Numbered from the stretch's first letter, positions 39,983 through 50,298 are shown. The stretch is 64,000 nucleotides of DNA from Bacillota bacterium (GCA_050260475.1 JBLNCG010000028.1:64283-128282), one strand, 5' to 3'. Program-made: numbers and translations. The notes: a model not told the origin generated them from the sequence alone.

Positions 39983-40441
39983 TTATGGATAATTTACCGG
40001 TATGGTGTTAACGGAGACAGGTTCACTGTCGCCGCCCCTTCTATTTCCGGGAACAGCCGAAGGCAGTTGCCCGGCTTCGCTCATGCGTACGATAATCTGC
40101 TCTTCGGTGGCATAATTTTCCCGGAAGGACAAAGTCTGGAAAGATGGGGCCAGCCAGAGCAAAAACGTAAGAGATACAACGGCAAACCATCGCATCTTGA
40201 GAAAAAGCCAGGGCGCGGTAATTCCCTGGTTTATATGATCCTGTATAGCAGAAACAAAATCGATGGGAGATTCCTGCACATCAAGCCGGGATAAAATGGA
40301 TTTTGTCTGTTGGAGCGTTTCCAATTCCTTCCGGCAGGTTTCACAAAAGAACAAGTGTTTACGAATCCGTTGTTTTTCCTCCGGGAGCAGTTCCCCGTCG
40401 AGATATGCGGAAAGAAGATTCTGCAGATATAAACATTCCAT
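39983..40441 (-). CDS. anti-sigma factor with zf-HC2 zinc-finger (RsiW/RseA-like) and C-terminal TM
   Basis: N-terminal C..H...C..C motif (HLFFCETCRKE) and a single TM. Immediately downstream of the ECF sigma gene. Confidence 0.7.
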   Translation of the reverse strand: MECLYLQNLLSAYLDGELLPEEKQRIRKHLFFCETCRKELETLQQTKSILSRLDVQESPIDFVSAIQDHINQGITAPWLFLKMRWFAVVSLTFLLWLAPSFQTLSFRENYATEEQIIVRMSEAGQLPSAVPGNRRGGDSEPVSVNTIPVNYP

Positions 40442-40462
40442 CTCGCATCAGCCTCCTTGTCG

Positions 40463-41050
40463 TTAACCGGCCAAGTACGATTTCAACTGTTTTTGAAGGA
40501 GCTTTCGGGCGCGGTGGATCCTTGAACGCACTGTTCCAGGGGAAATCCGCAAAGTTTTGCTGATCTCATCGTACGATAAACCGTGAATGTCGCATAATAT
40601 CAGAGTTGTACGGTATTCAGGGGGAAGCGTGTTGATGTATTCCTGCAATTTCCGCTGAAAGTCCTGCGATTCTAACATCTGCACCGGATCGTACTGCCAA
40701 TCTGCGATTTGCCGGTTGAGTCGCCCATCCTCGAAGTTTAACGGCGAATCCAGATATTCGATGCGCCGGCGTGATCGCTTACGCCATTCATCGCAGTAAA
40801 GATTGTGAATGATGCGGAACATCCATTTTTCAAAGGAAGTGTCCGGATCAAACCTGTGGAAGGAGCGGTACGCCCGGAGCAGGCCTTCCTGAGTCAGATC
40901 CTGGGCATCATCCCTGTTTCCACTGAGCCGGTATGCAAAATTGTAGATCCGCTTTTCGTGCTGCCGCACCAGGCTTTCAAAAACCGCCCATTTGTCCTGG
41001 CCTTTCGGCAAATCGACCGCCAGGGAACCGGAGCATGCCATATTCAACAC
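40463..41050 (-). CDS. ECF-type RNA polymerase sigma-70 factor
   Basis: Sigma-70 region 2 (DAQDLTQEGLLRAYRSF) and region 4 (LSYDEISKTLRISPGTVRSRIHRARKLL). Confidence 0.8.
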   Translation of the reverse strand: MLNMACSGSLAVDLPKGQDKWAVFESLVRQHEKRIYNFAYRLSGNRDDAQDLTQEGLLRAYRSFHRFDPDTSFEKWMFRIIHNLYCDEWRKRSRRRIEYLDSPLNFEDGRLNRQIADWQYDPVQMLESQDFQRKLQEYINTLPPEYRTTLILCDIHGLSYDEISKTLRISPGTVRSRIHRARKLLQKQLKSYLAG

Positions 41051-41118
41051 TCCTCAAAGCAAAGATCAAAATTGATAAGTTTAATCACTGCTTTTACAAC
41101 TGCCGTCTTCCAAGAAAA

Positions 41119-42303
41119 TTACATATTTCCAGGCCTTTCTCCTATTTTTACTTTGAAGATTTTTACCGTATTATTTCTAATCAAAAGGATTTGCACGGTT
41201 TGCCCGACTTTCATGGAACCGACGATTTTCTGCAATTGTTCAATGCTTTTGATTTTTATGCGGTTGATTTCAAGAATAATGTCCTGCGGTTGTATTCCGG
41301 CTTTATCCGCAGGGCTGTTCTGGATCACGTTACCCACAAAGACACCCTGCCCTGGCTTGACGTTAAAGTAGTCGGCAATCTCCTCGGTCACGGGGCTCAT
41401 CGAAATCCCCAGCCAGGGGTGGGAAACTTTCCCCTTTTCTCGCAATTCGGGCAGAATATCCTTGGCAGTATTAATGGGTATGGCAAAACCAATTCCTTGC
41501 GCATACGGGATGATGGCAGTGTTTATCCCGATAACTTCGCCCTGGATGTTGATCAGCGGTCCGCCGCTGTTTCCATAATTGATCGCCGCATCGGTCTGGA
41601 TCAGGTTGGTTGGAATATCCGGCTGTTGTATTTCCCTTTGCAGGCCACTGATAATGCCAGCGGTAACAGTATTGGCGTATCCGAAGGGATTGCCGATGGC
41701 CATCACCCACTGGCCCGGCTGTAAATCGCCGGAATCACCCAGTTTGACATGGGGCAAATCGTTGCCATCGATTTTCAGAAGCGCCAGATCATTTAATTTA
41801 TCCATCCCTTTCACAATGGCCTTATATTCTTTTTTATTGGAAAGGATTACTTTGATCTCATCAGCGCCGGAAACCACATGGGCATTGGTTAGGATATAAC
41901 CGTCTGGCTCGATGAGAAAACCGGAACCCTGTGCGGTTTGTTTTTCAGTCCGCGGCTTGATGGGTTTTTGCTCCTGTTCGAAAAATCGATCAAAAAAATC
42001 AAAGGGATTGATATAATTGGACACCGGTATTTCCTTGGATGTCTTGATAAAAACAACCGCGGGCGCAACGCTTTCCTGAATCCTTACGAAGCTCTCCGTA
42101 CCTCCCGAAAGCCGGTAAGCAGCCGGATCGATTTTTCCGGATTGCCTGGGTTCCGCTGCATACCGCTTCAGCAAGTCCTCGTTTGTTCTCAGTCCGATGG
42201 CGAGAAAAATCCCGGAGGTAACGACAGCCGATATGACAGCAACTGCCAGATACGGAAGAAATAATTTCACCGCGCTCAGAAGTTTCCTTTTATCCATGGG
42301 CAT
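41119..42303 (-). CDS. htrA: HtrA/DegP-family serine protease with PDZ domain
   Basis: N-terminal TM anchor. Trypsin-like catalytic motifs (TNAHVV, GNSGGPL) and a C-terminal PDZ. Confidence 0.85.
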   Translation of the reverse strand: MPMDKRKLLSAVKLFLPYLAVAVISAVVTSGIFLAIGLRTNEDLLKRYAAEPRQSGKIDPAAYRLSGGTESFVRIQESVAPAVVFIKTSKEIPVSNYINPFDFFDRFFEQEQKPIKPRTEKQTAQGSGFLIEPDGYILTNAHVVSGADEIKVILSNKKEYKAIVKGMDKLNDLALLKIDGNDLPHVKLGDSGDLQPGQWVMAIGNPFGYANTVTAGIISGLQREIQQPDIPTNLIQTDAAINYGNSGGPLINIQGEVIGINTAIIPYAQGIGFAIPINTAKDILPELREKGKVSHPWLGISMSPVTEEIADYFNVKPGQGVFVGNVIQNSPADKAGIQPQDIILEINRIKIKSIEQLQKIVGSMKVGQTVQILLIRNNTVKIFKVKIGERPGNM

Positions 42304-42541
42304 CCTCCTTTACTATTGCCTATTTAAAACGCATTTCCGCCAGAAAAGTTCCAGTTTAAAATAGGTTAACCTAAAACAGTCATCTTATTTTATCATGGGA
42401 CAAATTCATTCGCAAGAATATCCGAATAATCTCATCTGTTTGAAACAAAGACTAAAAAAAATTAGAACTTTGCGGCAGGCAGGATTTTACACGGAAAAGT
42501 GGAATATATCAAAAAGTTTACTGGACAGGATGGAATTATTC

Positions 42542-43426
42542 ATGCCGTCAAGCATGACCGGTTATGGCCGCGGTGAATTTACAAACGATAAATGCGCCAT
42601 TGTTGTGGATCTGAAAACCATCAATCATCGTTATCTTGATATCTCTTTCCGCATGCCCCGCAGTATACAGATTTTTGAAGAAAAATGCCGGAACGTTCTG
42701 CATAAATACATAAACCGCGGCAGGGTAGATTTATATATACAGTTAACAGAGCGCGAGAGCGGTCTTCACGATATAAAACTCAACCGCTTCATCGCGGCCG
42801 CTTATTATGACGCGCTGAAGGATTTAAGAAAGCTGTTTAATATCAAAGAAAAAATTAGCCTCCAATTGATGTCCGGATTACCCGATGTCTTCCAGACCGC
42901 AGAAATATCTTTGAATGAAGAGGAAATTTGGACTTATATGGAGAAAGCGCTGGAAGATGCAGTCTCCCGGCTGCTTGTGATGCGCCGGAAAGAAGGAGAA
43001 AAGCTTTTTGTGGATATTGCGAATCACCTGGGGGTTATTGAGGACTCCCTGGAGCGCATCAAGCTCAGAGCGCCGTTTGTTGTAGAGGATTATAAATCGC
43101 GCTTGAATAAAAACCTGGCCGAACTTCTTCCTCCGGATTCTTTAGATGAATATCAAAACAGGCTGCTTTGCGAGATTGTGATTTATGCTGATAAAATAAA
43201 CATTGCGGAAGAGATAGCCAGATTGTACAGCCATCTTCAGCAATTTAAAGAAACTTCGAGGCAGCAAGGATCCATCGGACGGAAATTGGATTTTTTATTG
43301 CAGGAGATGAACAGGGAAATAAATACCATTGGTTCCAAAGCCAATGATTACGCACTATCCGCATGTGTGGTAGAGATAAAAAGCGAGTTGGAACAAATTC
43401 GTGAACAAATCCAAAATATCGAATAG
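42542..43426 (+). CDS. yicC: YicC-family stress-induced protein
   Basis: SMTGYGRGE N-terminal signature and C-terminal DUF1732. The ORF is open from 42395 but that extension lacks homology. Confidence 0.75.
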   Translation: MPSSMTGYGRGEFTNDKCAIVVDLKTINHRYLDISFRMPRSIQIFEEKCRNVLHKYINRGRVDLYIQLTERESGLHDIKLNRFIAAAYYDALKDLRKLFNIKEKISLQLMSGLPDVFQTAEISLNEEEIWTYMEKALEDAVSRLLVMRRKEGEKLFVDIANHLGVIEDSLERIKLRAPFVVEDYKSRLNKNLAELLPPDSLDEYQNRLLCEIVIYADKINIAEEIARLYSHLQQFKETSRQQGSIGRKLDFLLQEMNREINTIGSKANDYALSACVVEIKSELEQIREQIQNIE

Positions 43427-43428
43427 GG

Positions 43429-43749
43429 GTGAATGTGATGGCATTACCCAAATTATCCCTGGACGAGAAACGTGAGGCCTTAAAAAAGGCGCAGGAGATG
43501 CGGGCGCGGAGAGCCAGGATAAGGCAGGATTTGAAAGCAGGAAAAACAAGCATTCCGGAGATATTGAAAAAGGATTCCGATGCAGTGATCGGTAAAATGA
43601 GAGTATCATACCTGCTGGAATCCGTACCAAAAATCGGAAAGATCAGATCGAAAAAAATCATGGGCGAAATTGGTATTGATGAAACAAGAAGAATACAGGG
43701 TTTGGGCAACAGGCAAAAGCAGGCTCTCTTGAAACGGTTCGGTCATTAA
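43429..43749 (+). CDS. integration-host-factor-like DNA-binding protein (actinobacterial mIHF type)
   Basis: [28 protein letters not shown]...[29 protein letters not shown] closely parallels the mIHF architecture. Confidence 0.6.
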   Translation: MNVMALPKLSLDEKREALKKAQEMRARRARIRQDLKAGKTSIPEILKKDSDAVIGKMRVSYLLESVPKIGKIRSKKIMGEIGIDETRRIQGLGNRQKQALLKRFGH

Positions 43750-43766
43750 TCAAAGGAGGCATTTTT

Positions 43767-44030
43767 TTGGATATCAAGCTTATTAATATCGGATTTGGTA
43801 ATATTGTCGCAGCGAATCGGATTATTGCCATAGTAAGCCCCGAATCCGCCCCCATCAAACGGATCATCCAGGACAGCAGGGAGCGCGGCATGCTGATCGA
43901 TGCTACATACGGGCGTCGTACCCGGGCCGTGGTCATCACAGACAGCGAGCATGTAATTTTATCTGCCGTGCAACCTGAAACCGTAGCGCATCGACTGAAC
44001 GATAAAGGTGAAATCAACGAGGAAAGTTAA
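43767..44030 (+). CDS. remA: extracellular matrix regulatory protein RemA (DUF370)
   Basis: [47 protein letters not shown] is near-identical to the RemA consensus. Confidence 0.85.
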   Translation: MDIKLINIGFGNIVAANRIIAIVSPESAPIKRIIQDSRERGMLIDATYGRRTRAVVITDSEHVILSAVQPETVAHRLNDKGEINEES

Positions 44031-44048
44031 CCAAGGAGAACAGCTTCT

Positions 44049-44681
44049 TTGAAACGAAAGTCCGGTATGTTTTATGTGATTTCAGGCCCCGCCGGCGCGG
44101 GAAAAAATGCGATTATCGCCAAGTTGTTAAAAAGCCATAAGAATATGTTGTACTCCATTTCCGCAACAACGCGTCCCATGCGCAAAGGAGAAATAAATGG
44201 AGTACATTATTTTTTCCTTGCAAAAGACGAATTTGAAAAAAATATCGCGGAAAACTGTTTTTTGGAATGGGCAAGAGTAAATAATTGCTATTACGGTACT
44301 CCGCGACAATTCATCATGGAAAAAACCGCCATGGGTATGGATGTCATTACGGATATGGATGTTCAGGGCGCCCGCCGCGTCAAACACATTCTTCCTGAAA
44401 CAATTTTAATCTTTATCATTCCACCGTCATATTATCTTTTGGAAAAGCGGCTTAAGCAGCGAAAAACAGAGGATGCCGCCACCATTGAACAACGACTTCA
44501 AATCGCAAGGGAGGAAATAAAAGCCGCCCGGGAATACGATTATCTTGTGATCAACGATAAATTATCCCTTGCTGTAAAGCAAATTAAATCGATTATGTTT
44601 ACGGAAAGATATAAAACAGAGCGTTACGATATGGAACGTCTTATAAAGGATTTTTATTCCAGCGGCATTGACATGGATTGA
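44049..44681 (+). CDS. gmk: guanylate kinase
   Basis: P-loop ISGPAGAGK. TTG start 8 nt after AAGGAGAA. Confidence 0.9.
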   Translation: MKRKSGMFYVISGPAGAGKNAIIAKLLKSHKNMLYSISATTRPMRKGEINGVHYFFLAKDEFEKNIAENCFLEWARVNNCYYGTPRQFIMEKTAMGMDVITDMDVQGARRVKHILPETILIFIIPPSYYLLEKRLKQRKTEDAATIEQRLQIAREEIKAAREYDYLVINDKLSLAVKQIKSIMFTERYKTERYDMERLIKDFYSSGIDMD

Positions 44682-44712
44682 TCACCTAAACCGGGGATTT
44701 AACTTGGCAAAT

Positions 44713-44784
44713 GATTTCGGAAAACGCGTTAAAGGAGCGTGCCTTAACTTAAGCATGGCAGGTTTCGCGATTCTCCGAAATCGG
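44713..44784 (+). repeat. intergenic repeat family C, copy 2 (~72 bp)
   Basis: GATTTCGGAAAACGCGTT...GTGCCTTAACTTAAGCATGGC...TTTCGCGATTCTCCGAAATCGG. Ends form ~17-bp inverted repeats. Aligns with the reverse complement of 12726-12823. Confidence 0.7.
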
Positions 44785-44982
44785 CAGATGTAGGTTCTCA
44801 TAGAAGCGTTGTGATAAGTCGAACTTACCCACGTTTTCCCCTCTCTTCTGCAGAATAAAGGGAGATAGCAAGGCTTCAAAGGTTCAGGGTTACCCTCTTT
44901 ACAAAAGAGATAGTAAGGGTGAGTTTTTTACAGCGCTTATAGAGTGAACCCGGTAAGAACTGATTTGCAGGGAGGGTTATTA

Positions 44983-45180
44983 TTGGAAAACCATTTAAAA
45001 AAAGTGGATTTGCATTGCCGTTATATCCTGGTAAGCGCCATTGCCAAAAGAGCCAGACAGATCATGATGGACAGTCTGAAAAACGGAGACGACAAGGCCA
45101 TGCGTGCAGTCTACCTCGCCCAGAAGGAAATCGAACAAGGAAAACTGCATGTGGAGCCTGGTGCGGCCCTTTATTCATAA
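44983..45180 (+). CDS. rpoZ: DNA-directed RNA polymerase subunit omega
   Basis: LLENHLKKVDLHCRYILVSAIAKRARQI matches the RpoZ core. TTG start 6 nt after CAGGGAGGG. Confidence 0.8.
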   Translation: MENHLKKVDLHCRYILVSAIAKRARQIMMDSLKNGDDKAMRAVYLAQKEIEQGKLHVEPGAALYS

Positions 45181-45237
45181 TTGCCGAAAGCTTTCTTTAA
45201 ATCGCCGTCAGGATATTCGGCAAATGCGCTTATAAGC

Positions 45238-45358
45238 AGAGCAATTTGCATTGTCATTATAATATTACGTCTTGCCGTAAATATCGATAGTCTAATGGCA
45301 GGCCGTACACTATATTTAATGGCACGACCCAGCATTAAAGTAACAACGCAATTGCCTT
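45238..45358 (-). repeat. intergenic repeat family A, copy 5 (inverted orientation)
   Basis: The reverse complement aligns full-length with copy 1 (AAGGCAATTGCGTTGTTAC...CCATTAAATATAGTGTA...CATTAGACTATCGATATTT...GGCAAGACG...CAAATTGCTCTGC). Confidence 0.8.
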
Positions 45359-45389
45359 AAGCAAAAAACATACCGCACTATCTTGGCAG

Positions 45390-45400
45390 TGTGGTATAAT
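45390..45400 (+). promoter_or_regulatory. extended -10 promoter element TGgTATAAT upstream of coaBC
   Basis: TGnTATAAT at 45392-45400. Weak -35. Confidence 0.45.
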
Positions 45401-45438
45401 TATATGCAGTCCGGAATTCCTGTCGGCGGGTGAGAGCG

Positions 45439-46653
45439 ATGATGGATGGAAAAAATGTAATAGTGGGCGTCACCGGAAGTATCGCAGCTTATAAAGCTCC
45501 GGAAATCGTCCGGTGGCTCCGCAAGAACGGGGCTCGAGTATATGTCGTGATGACACAGGCCGCTACGAAATTCATCTCCCCATTGACCTTAAGGGAACTG
45601 TCAAACCACCCGGTAGCCATTGACGCATTTGAGGAACCGGCGCATTTTGATGTTGAGCACATTGCTCTTGCCCGGTTGGCGGATGTATTTTTAATTGCCC
45701 CGGCCACAGCCGATATCATAGGGAAAATCGCCTCCGGCATCGCCGATGATATGCTCACTACAACCGTGATGGCCACCGGAGCAAAAGTGCTGATTTGCCC
45801 TGCGATGAATTCCGGAATGTATTTAAACACGATTGTTCAGGCCAACATTAAAAAACTGCGGGAATCGGGGTATATTATTATAGAGCCTTCAGAGGGAGAT
45901 CTGCTGTGCGGCCAAAAAGGGATCGGCCATCTTGCGGATTTGGATGTGATTTACCGAACAGTGGAGGATATTTTAAATGGTACGCCGGCAATGAAAGGCG
46001 TCGATGTTCTGGTGACAGCCGGAGGCACCAGGGAATTCCTTGATCCCGTCCGATTTATAGGGAATCCTTCCACCGGAAAAATGGGGATCGCATGCGCGAC
46101 TGCGGCAAAAAAATTTGGCGCCAAAGTTACCCTGATTGCAGCCAATATTACAATACCCATTCCCGTCAACCTCCGCGTAATACAGGTAAAAACCGCCGCA
46201 GAAATGGAGCAGGCGTTGCTTTCAGAGTTTCCGTCGCATCATATCACTGTTTTAGCGGCGGCGGTGTCGGACTTCCGCCCGAAAAAATCGCTGCCGCACA
46301 AAATAAAGCGGGAGGATAACGCCGGCCTGCAACTGGATTTAATTGCCGTACCGGATTTGAGCAAGTTGCTTACGGCCTCCAAACGAAAAGATCAAGTGGT
46401 GGTAGGTTTCGCAGCAGAGACAGGGAATGTCATACAACGGGCCGGGATGAAACTCAAGCAAAAGAAGTTGGATTTGATTATAGCTAACGACGTCACCAGC
46501 CCCGGTAGCGGATTTGCATCAGACACCAACCATGCCGCCCTAATAACAGAGGAAGCGCAGGAAACCTTGCCTCTTATGAGTAAAGCGGCATTGGGTGAGA
46601 AGATCATGGAAAAAGCGCTGGAAATCTTCAAAAACCGACAAAAGAGTTCATGA
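45439..46653 (+). CDS. coaBC: bifunctional phosphopantothenoylcysteine decarboxylase / phosphopantothenate-cysteine ligase
   Basis: Flavoprotein N-domain (NVIVGVTGSIAAYKAPEIVR) and DFP C-domain. Confidence 0.9.
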   Translation: MMDGKNVIVGVTGSIAAYKAPEIVRWLRKNGARVYVVMTQAATKFISPLTLRELSNHPVAIDAFEEPAHFDVEHIALARLADVFLIAPATADIIGKIASGIADDMLTTTVMATGAKVLICPAMNSGMYLNTIVQANIKKLRESGYIIIEPSEGDLLCGQKGIGHLADLDVIYRTVEDILNGTPAMKGVDVLVTAGGTREFLDPVRFIGNPSTGKMGIACATAAKKFGAKVTLIAANITIPIPVNLRVIQVKTAAEMEQALLSEFPSHHITVLAAAVSDFRPKKSLPHKIKREDNAGLQLDLIAVPDLSKLLTASKRKDQVVVGFAAETGNVIQRAGMKLKQKKLDLIIANDVTSPGSGFASDTNHAALITEEAQETLPLMSKAALGEKIMEKALEIFKNRQKSS

Positions 46654-46748
46654 CAGATAACGATACATGGTTGTTTTTATAAATATGTCGTATATAATTA
46701 ATGGTTATTGATGCAAAATCCGCATGAATAAAACACAGGGGGATAAGA

Positions 46749-47834
46749 ATGGCCAAATCGAAAATATGCGTGATATACGGCGGGAGATCGGGTGAGCATG
46801 AAGTTTCGGTGCAATCCGCTGCTTCCGTTATTGATGCCATAAATAGCGATAAATATGAAGTTATTCCCATCGGCATTACGAAAAACGGAAAATGGGCGCC
46901 GGGCGTTTCCCCCCGCGCCCTGATCCAGCAAGGCTCGCTGGAAGTAAAAGAAAACGGCGCTATGGAGAATATAACCGGCGCGCTTATGGCGTCAAATCGC
47001 CGGGAAGTGCTGCCCATTCTGGATACGGAGGTCAATGTAGTCTTTCCCGTGCTGCATGGGCCTTTTGGAGAAGACGGCACTATCCAAGGGCTTTTGGAGT
47101 TGGCGGACATAGCTTATGTAGGCGGCGGAGTATTGGCTTCAGCCCTCGGTATGGATAAAATCGTTATGAAAATGATTTTTCAGGCGAACGGTATCCCTGT
47201 GGGAGATTTTTTGTTTTACACCAGAAAGCAATGGGAGCAAAATCCGGAGAAAATCACGGCGGAAATTTCTAAAAAGATCGGCTTGCCTTGCTTTATCAAA
47301 CCTGCCAACCTGGGATCCAGCGTTGGCATAAGTAAAGCCCATAACCATGCGGAAATTCGGCGATCCATGGATTTTGCCGCCCGTTATGACAGAAAAATAA
47401 TTGTAGAGGCGTTTATCAAAGGGCGGGAGATCGAATGCAGCGTATTAGGAAACGACGACCCCATCGCTTCCGTGCCCGGGGAAATTGTTCCATGCGCTGA
47501 ATTCTATGATTATGAGGCAAAGTATATTGCCAATGATTCAAAACTGATCATCCCCGCTGCGCTTTCCCCGGAACTCACCGCAGAAGTGCAGGACCTGGCG
47601 GTATGCGCTTATAAAGCCATAGATTGCGCCGGAATGGCAAGGGTGGATTTTTTCCTCTGCGCGGATGGCAAGGTTTTTGTAAATGAGATCAACACCATCC
47701 CGGGTTTTACCAAGATCAGCATGTACCCAAAACTTTGGGAAGCAAGTGGATTACCTTATACCGAATTGATCAACCGTTTGATAGAATTGGCTCTCGAACG
47801 AAAAAACGATAAGGATCGCAATCAATTACGGTAA
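46749..47834 (+). CDS. ddl: D-alanine--D-alanine ligase
   Basis: ATP-grasp with the Ddl N-terminus (KICVIYGGRSGEHEVS) and C-terminal motifs. Confidence 0.9.
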   Translation: MAKSKICVIYGGRSGEHEVSVQSAASVIDAINSDKYEVIPIGITKNGKWAPGVSPRALIQQGSLEVKENGAMENITGALMASNRREVLPILDTEVNVVFPVLHGPFGEDGTIQGLLELADIAYVGGGVLASALGMDKIVMKMIFQANGIPVGDFLFYTRKQWEQNPEKITAEISKKIGLPCFIKPANLGSSVGISKAHNHAEIRRSMDFAARYDRKIIVEAFIKGREIECSVLGNDDPIASVPGEIVPCAEFYDYEAKYIANDSKLIIPAALSPELTAEVQDLAVCAYKAIDCAGMARVDFFLCADGKVFVNEINTIPGFTKISMYPKLWEASGLPYTELINRLIELALERKNDKDRNQLR

Positions 47835-47850
47835 TGAAGCTGGTGGATGA

Positions 47851-50274
47851 ATGTACGCCCAAGTCTTGCTGCCCTTTGGAAAAACCGTAAGCGATTTTTA
47901 TACGTACGCTGTTTCGGAAGATTTGGAGCGCCGTATAAAAAAAGGCCAGCGGGTGCTGGTGCCCTTTGGAGGAAGCATCAGGGAAGGCATCGTATGGGAA
48001 CTGCTTGCGGAAAAACCCCGTCATGGAGAGGTAAAAAATATAGCGGCTCTTCTGGATGAGCGACCGTACGTGAATGAAACATGGCGGCAAGTCGCAGCCT
48101 GGATGGGCAGTCATTATTTATACAGTCCAGGCGATGCCCTAAAATGTATAATTCCGGCTATTGTCAGGGGGAAATGGGAAAGGACGTATCATCCCGACGC
48201 TTCACGCGCGGAGATCGAAGCGGCTATAAATGAATGCGCTGCCGCCGGCAAATCAAACCGGCATATTACATATGAGGACATTATCCTGCCGGGATTTTGG
48301 AGAACCGCAGCGGGAAAAAAAATCCTTCCTCATCTGCTGAAAAACGGACTTATAATGGAAAAATACCGACTTTCTGAAAAAAGCATCAAGACACGGAAAA
48401 TGACAGCTTACCGCATGACTCCCGATCTGGTGGCGGATCAGCATGGACTTACGGTCAAACAAAAAAACTTGCTGGAATTCATCAAAAAAAAGGGCGGTCT
48501 GGTTTTACGCGGAGAATTAAAACAAGCGGGTTTTTCCCCTGAAACCGCCGAACGCCTATGCCGCAGAAACATAATAGAAAAGGCGATGGAATCGCAAAGA
48601 AGGCCGCCTGGTGTATTGACCTTCAGCGGTAAGGCAGAGAATATTCCCACTCTCACCGGATCTCAGCAAAAGGCATGGGAAATCATATCCGCTTCCATTT
48701 CCAAAAGCCGCGGGGAGATTTTTCTCTTACACGGCGTGACCGGCAGCGGTAAAACTGAGTTGTATCTGCGCGCCCTGGAGGAAGTAAAAAACCGGGGCGG
48801 GGCAGGACTTTACCTTGTTCCCGAGATCGCCCTTACGCCGCAGACAATTGAGCGGGTGACCGCCAGACTCGGTGAAGGCATAGCGGTTCTACACAGCGGA
48901 CTCGGGAAAGGGGAACGCTACGATGAATGGTTCAGAATTTTTAACGGCGCAGCTAAAATAGCGGTTGGCGCCCGTTCGGCTATATTTGCGCCCTTTGAGA
49001 ATTTGAAGCTCATTATTCTGGATGAGGAGCACGAAAACACCTATAAACAAGACGAATATCCGTTCTATCATGCCAAAGAGATTGCGGAGAAATTGCACGA
49101 TATCACCGGTGCGACTCTGATCCTCGGCAGCGCCACGCCATCCGTGGTCTCATATTATCGGGGAAACAGCGGACAATACCATATATTGGCTTTGCATGAA
49201 AGAGTGGAAGGCAGGCTCCCCAGGGTCGAAATCATTGATTTGCGGGAGGAGTTTAAAAAAGGATCCCGGCAAATCTTCAGTCAAAAACTTCTTCACGCCA
49301 TGGAAAACCGTCTTGCCCGGAAGGAGCAGTCCATCCTTTTCTTAAATCGTCGCGGGCATTCCACTTTTGTGTTCTGCAGGGAATGCGGATATGCGGTGCG
49401 GTGTCCACATTGTGATGTGTCGTTGGTCTATCATTTGCCGCTAGGTTCCATGCAATGCCATTATTGCGCCTATACAGCGCCGCCGCCGGTCCTATGTCCC
49501 AACTGTAAAAGCCACCATATTAAATTTTCGGGACTCGGAACGCAAAAAATCGAGGAGGAACTGCGGCGCCATTTTCCAGGCGCGCGCATCGCACGGATGG
49601 ATGTGGATTCCACGGCAAGAAAGAACGCATCCTTGCGCATTTATGAAAAACTGAAGAACGGTGAAATCGACATCCTCATCGGCACCCAAATGGTGGCCAA
49701 AGGCCTGGATCTTCCCCGGGTGACCTTGGTTGGCGTCATTATGGCGGATACAAGCCTCAATATCCCGGATTATCAAGCCGGAGAACGCACTTTTCAATTG
49801 CTGACGCAGGTGGCAGGCAGGGCCGGACGCGGTCTGATCGAAGGGGAAGTTATACTGCAGACTTTCAGCCCGGAGCATTACAGTATTAAAGCAGCGGCGC
49901 AGCATGATTATGAGCGGTTTTATGCTCAGGAGATACTTTGGCGTAAAGCCGAACAATATCCCCCTTTCAGTGAAATCCTGAAAATAACCGTGGTGGGGTG
50001 TCTCCCGGAAGTAGCGAAGCAGGAAGCCGGGAAGGTAGCGGAAAAGTGTCATTTTATGCGAAAAACACTCGGTTATGAAAACGATGATTTCCTGTCCATT
50101 CTTGGGCCCAATCCGTCTTTAATTCATAAAAAACATAATAAATATTGGTGGATAATATTATTAAAAGGACAGCGGACTCGGATTATACAGGTGGCCGACG
50201 CCGTTTTAAAGGACATTCCCATGAAGAACGGTTGCTATTTCCTGATGGATTTGAATCCCGCCGCTGTCATGTGA
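47851..50274 (+). CDS. priA: primosomal protein N' (replication restart helicase PriA)
   Basis: DEAD-like helicase Walker A GVTGSGKTE, DEEH box, and a zinc-binding Cys cluster (CRECG...CPHCD...CHYC...CPNC). Confidence 0.9.
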   Translation: MYAQVLLPFGKTVSDFYTYAVSEDLERRIKKGQRVLVPFGGSIREGIVWELLAEKPRHGEVKNIAALLDERPYVNETWRQVAAWMGSHYLYSPGDALKCIIPAIVRGKWERTYHPDASRAEIEAAINECAAAGKSNRHITYEDIILPGFWRTAAGKKILPHLLKNGLIMEKYRLSEKSIKTRKMTAYRMTPDLVADQHGLTVKQKNLLEFIKKKGGLVLRGELKQAGFSPETAERLCRRNIIEKAMESQRRPPGVLTFSGKAENIPTLTGSQQKAWEIISASISKSRGEIFLLHGVTGSGKTELYLRALEEVKNRGGAGLYLVPEIALTPQTIERVTARLGEGIAVLHSGLGKGERYDEWFRIFNGAAKIAVGARSAIFAPFENLKLIILDEEHENTYKQDEYPFYHAKEIAEKLHDITGATLILGSATPSVVSYYRGNSGQYHILALHERVEGRLPRVEIIDLREEFKKGSRQIFSQKLLHAMENRLARKEQSILFLNRRGHSTFVFCRECGYAVRCPHCDVSLVYHLPLGSMQCHYCAYTAPPPVLCPNCKSHHIKFSGLGTQKIEEELRRHFPGARIARMDVDSTARKNASLRIYEKLKNGEIDILIGTQMVAKGLDLPRVTLVGVIMADTSLNIPDYQAGERTFQLLTQVAGRAGRGLIEGEVILQTFSPEHYSIKAAAQHDYERFYAQEILWRKAEQYPPFSEILKITVVGCLPEVAKQEAGKVAEKCHFMRKTLGYENDDFLSILGPNPSLIHKKHNKYWWIILLKGQRTRIIQVADAVLKDIPMKNGCYFLMDLNPAAVM

Positions 50275-50298
50275 TAAATTATACCTATTGATGCGAAG

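Noticed and set aside
42395-42541. 50-aa N-terminal extension on YicC
   Set aside because: The YicC family begins at the SMTGYGRGE motif. No homology or RBS supports the 42395 start.
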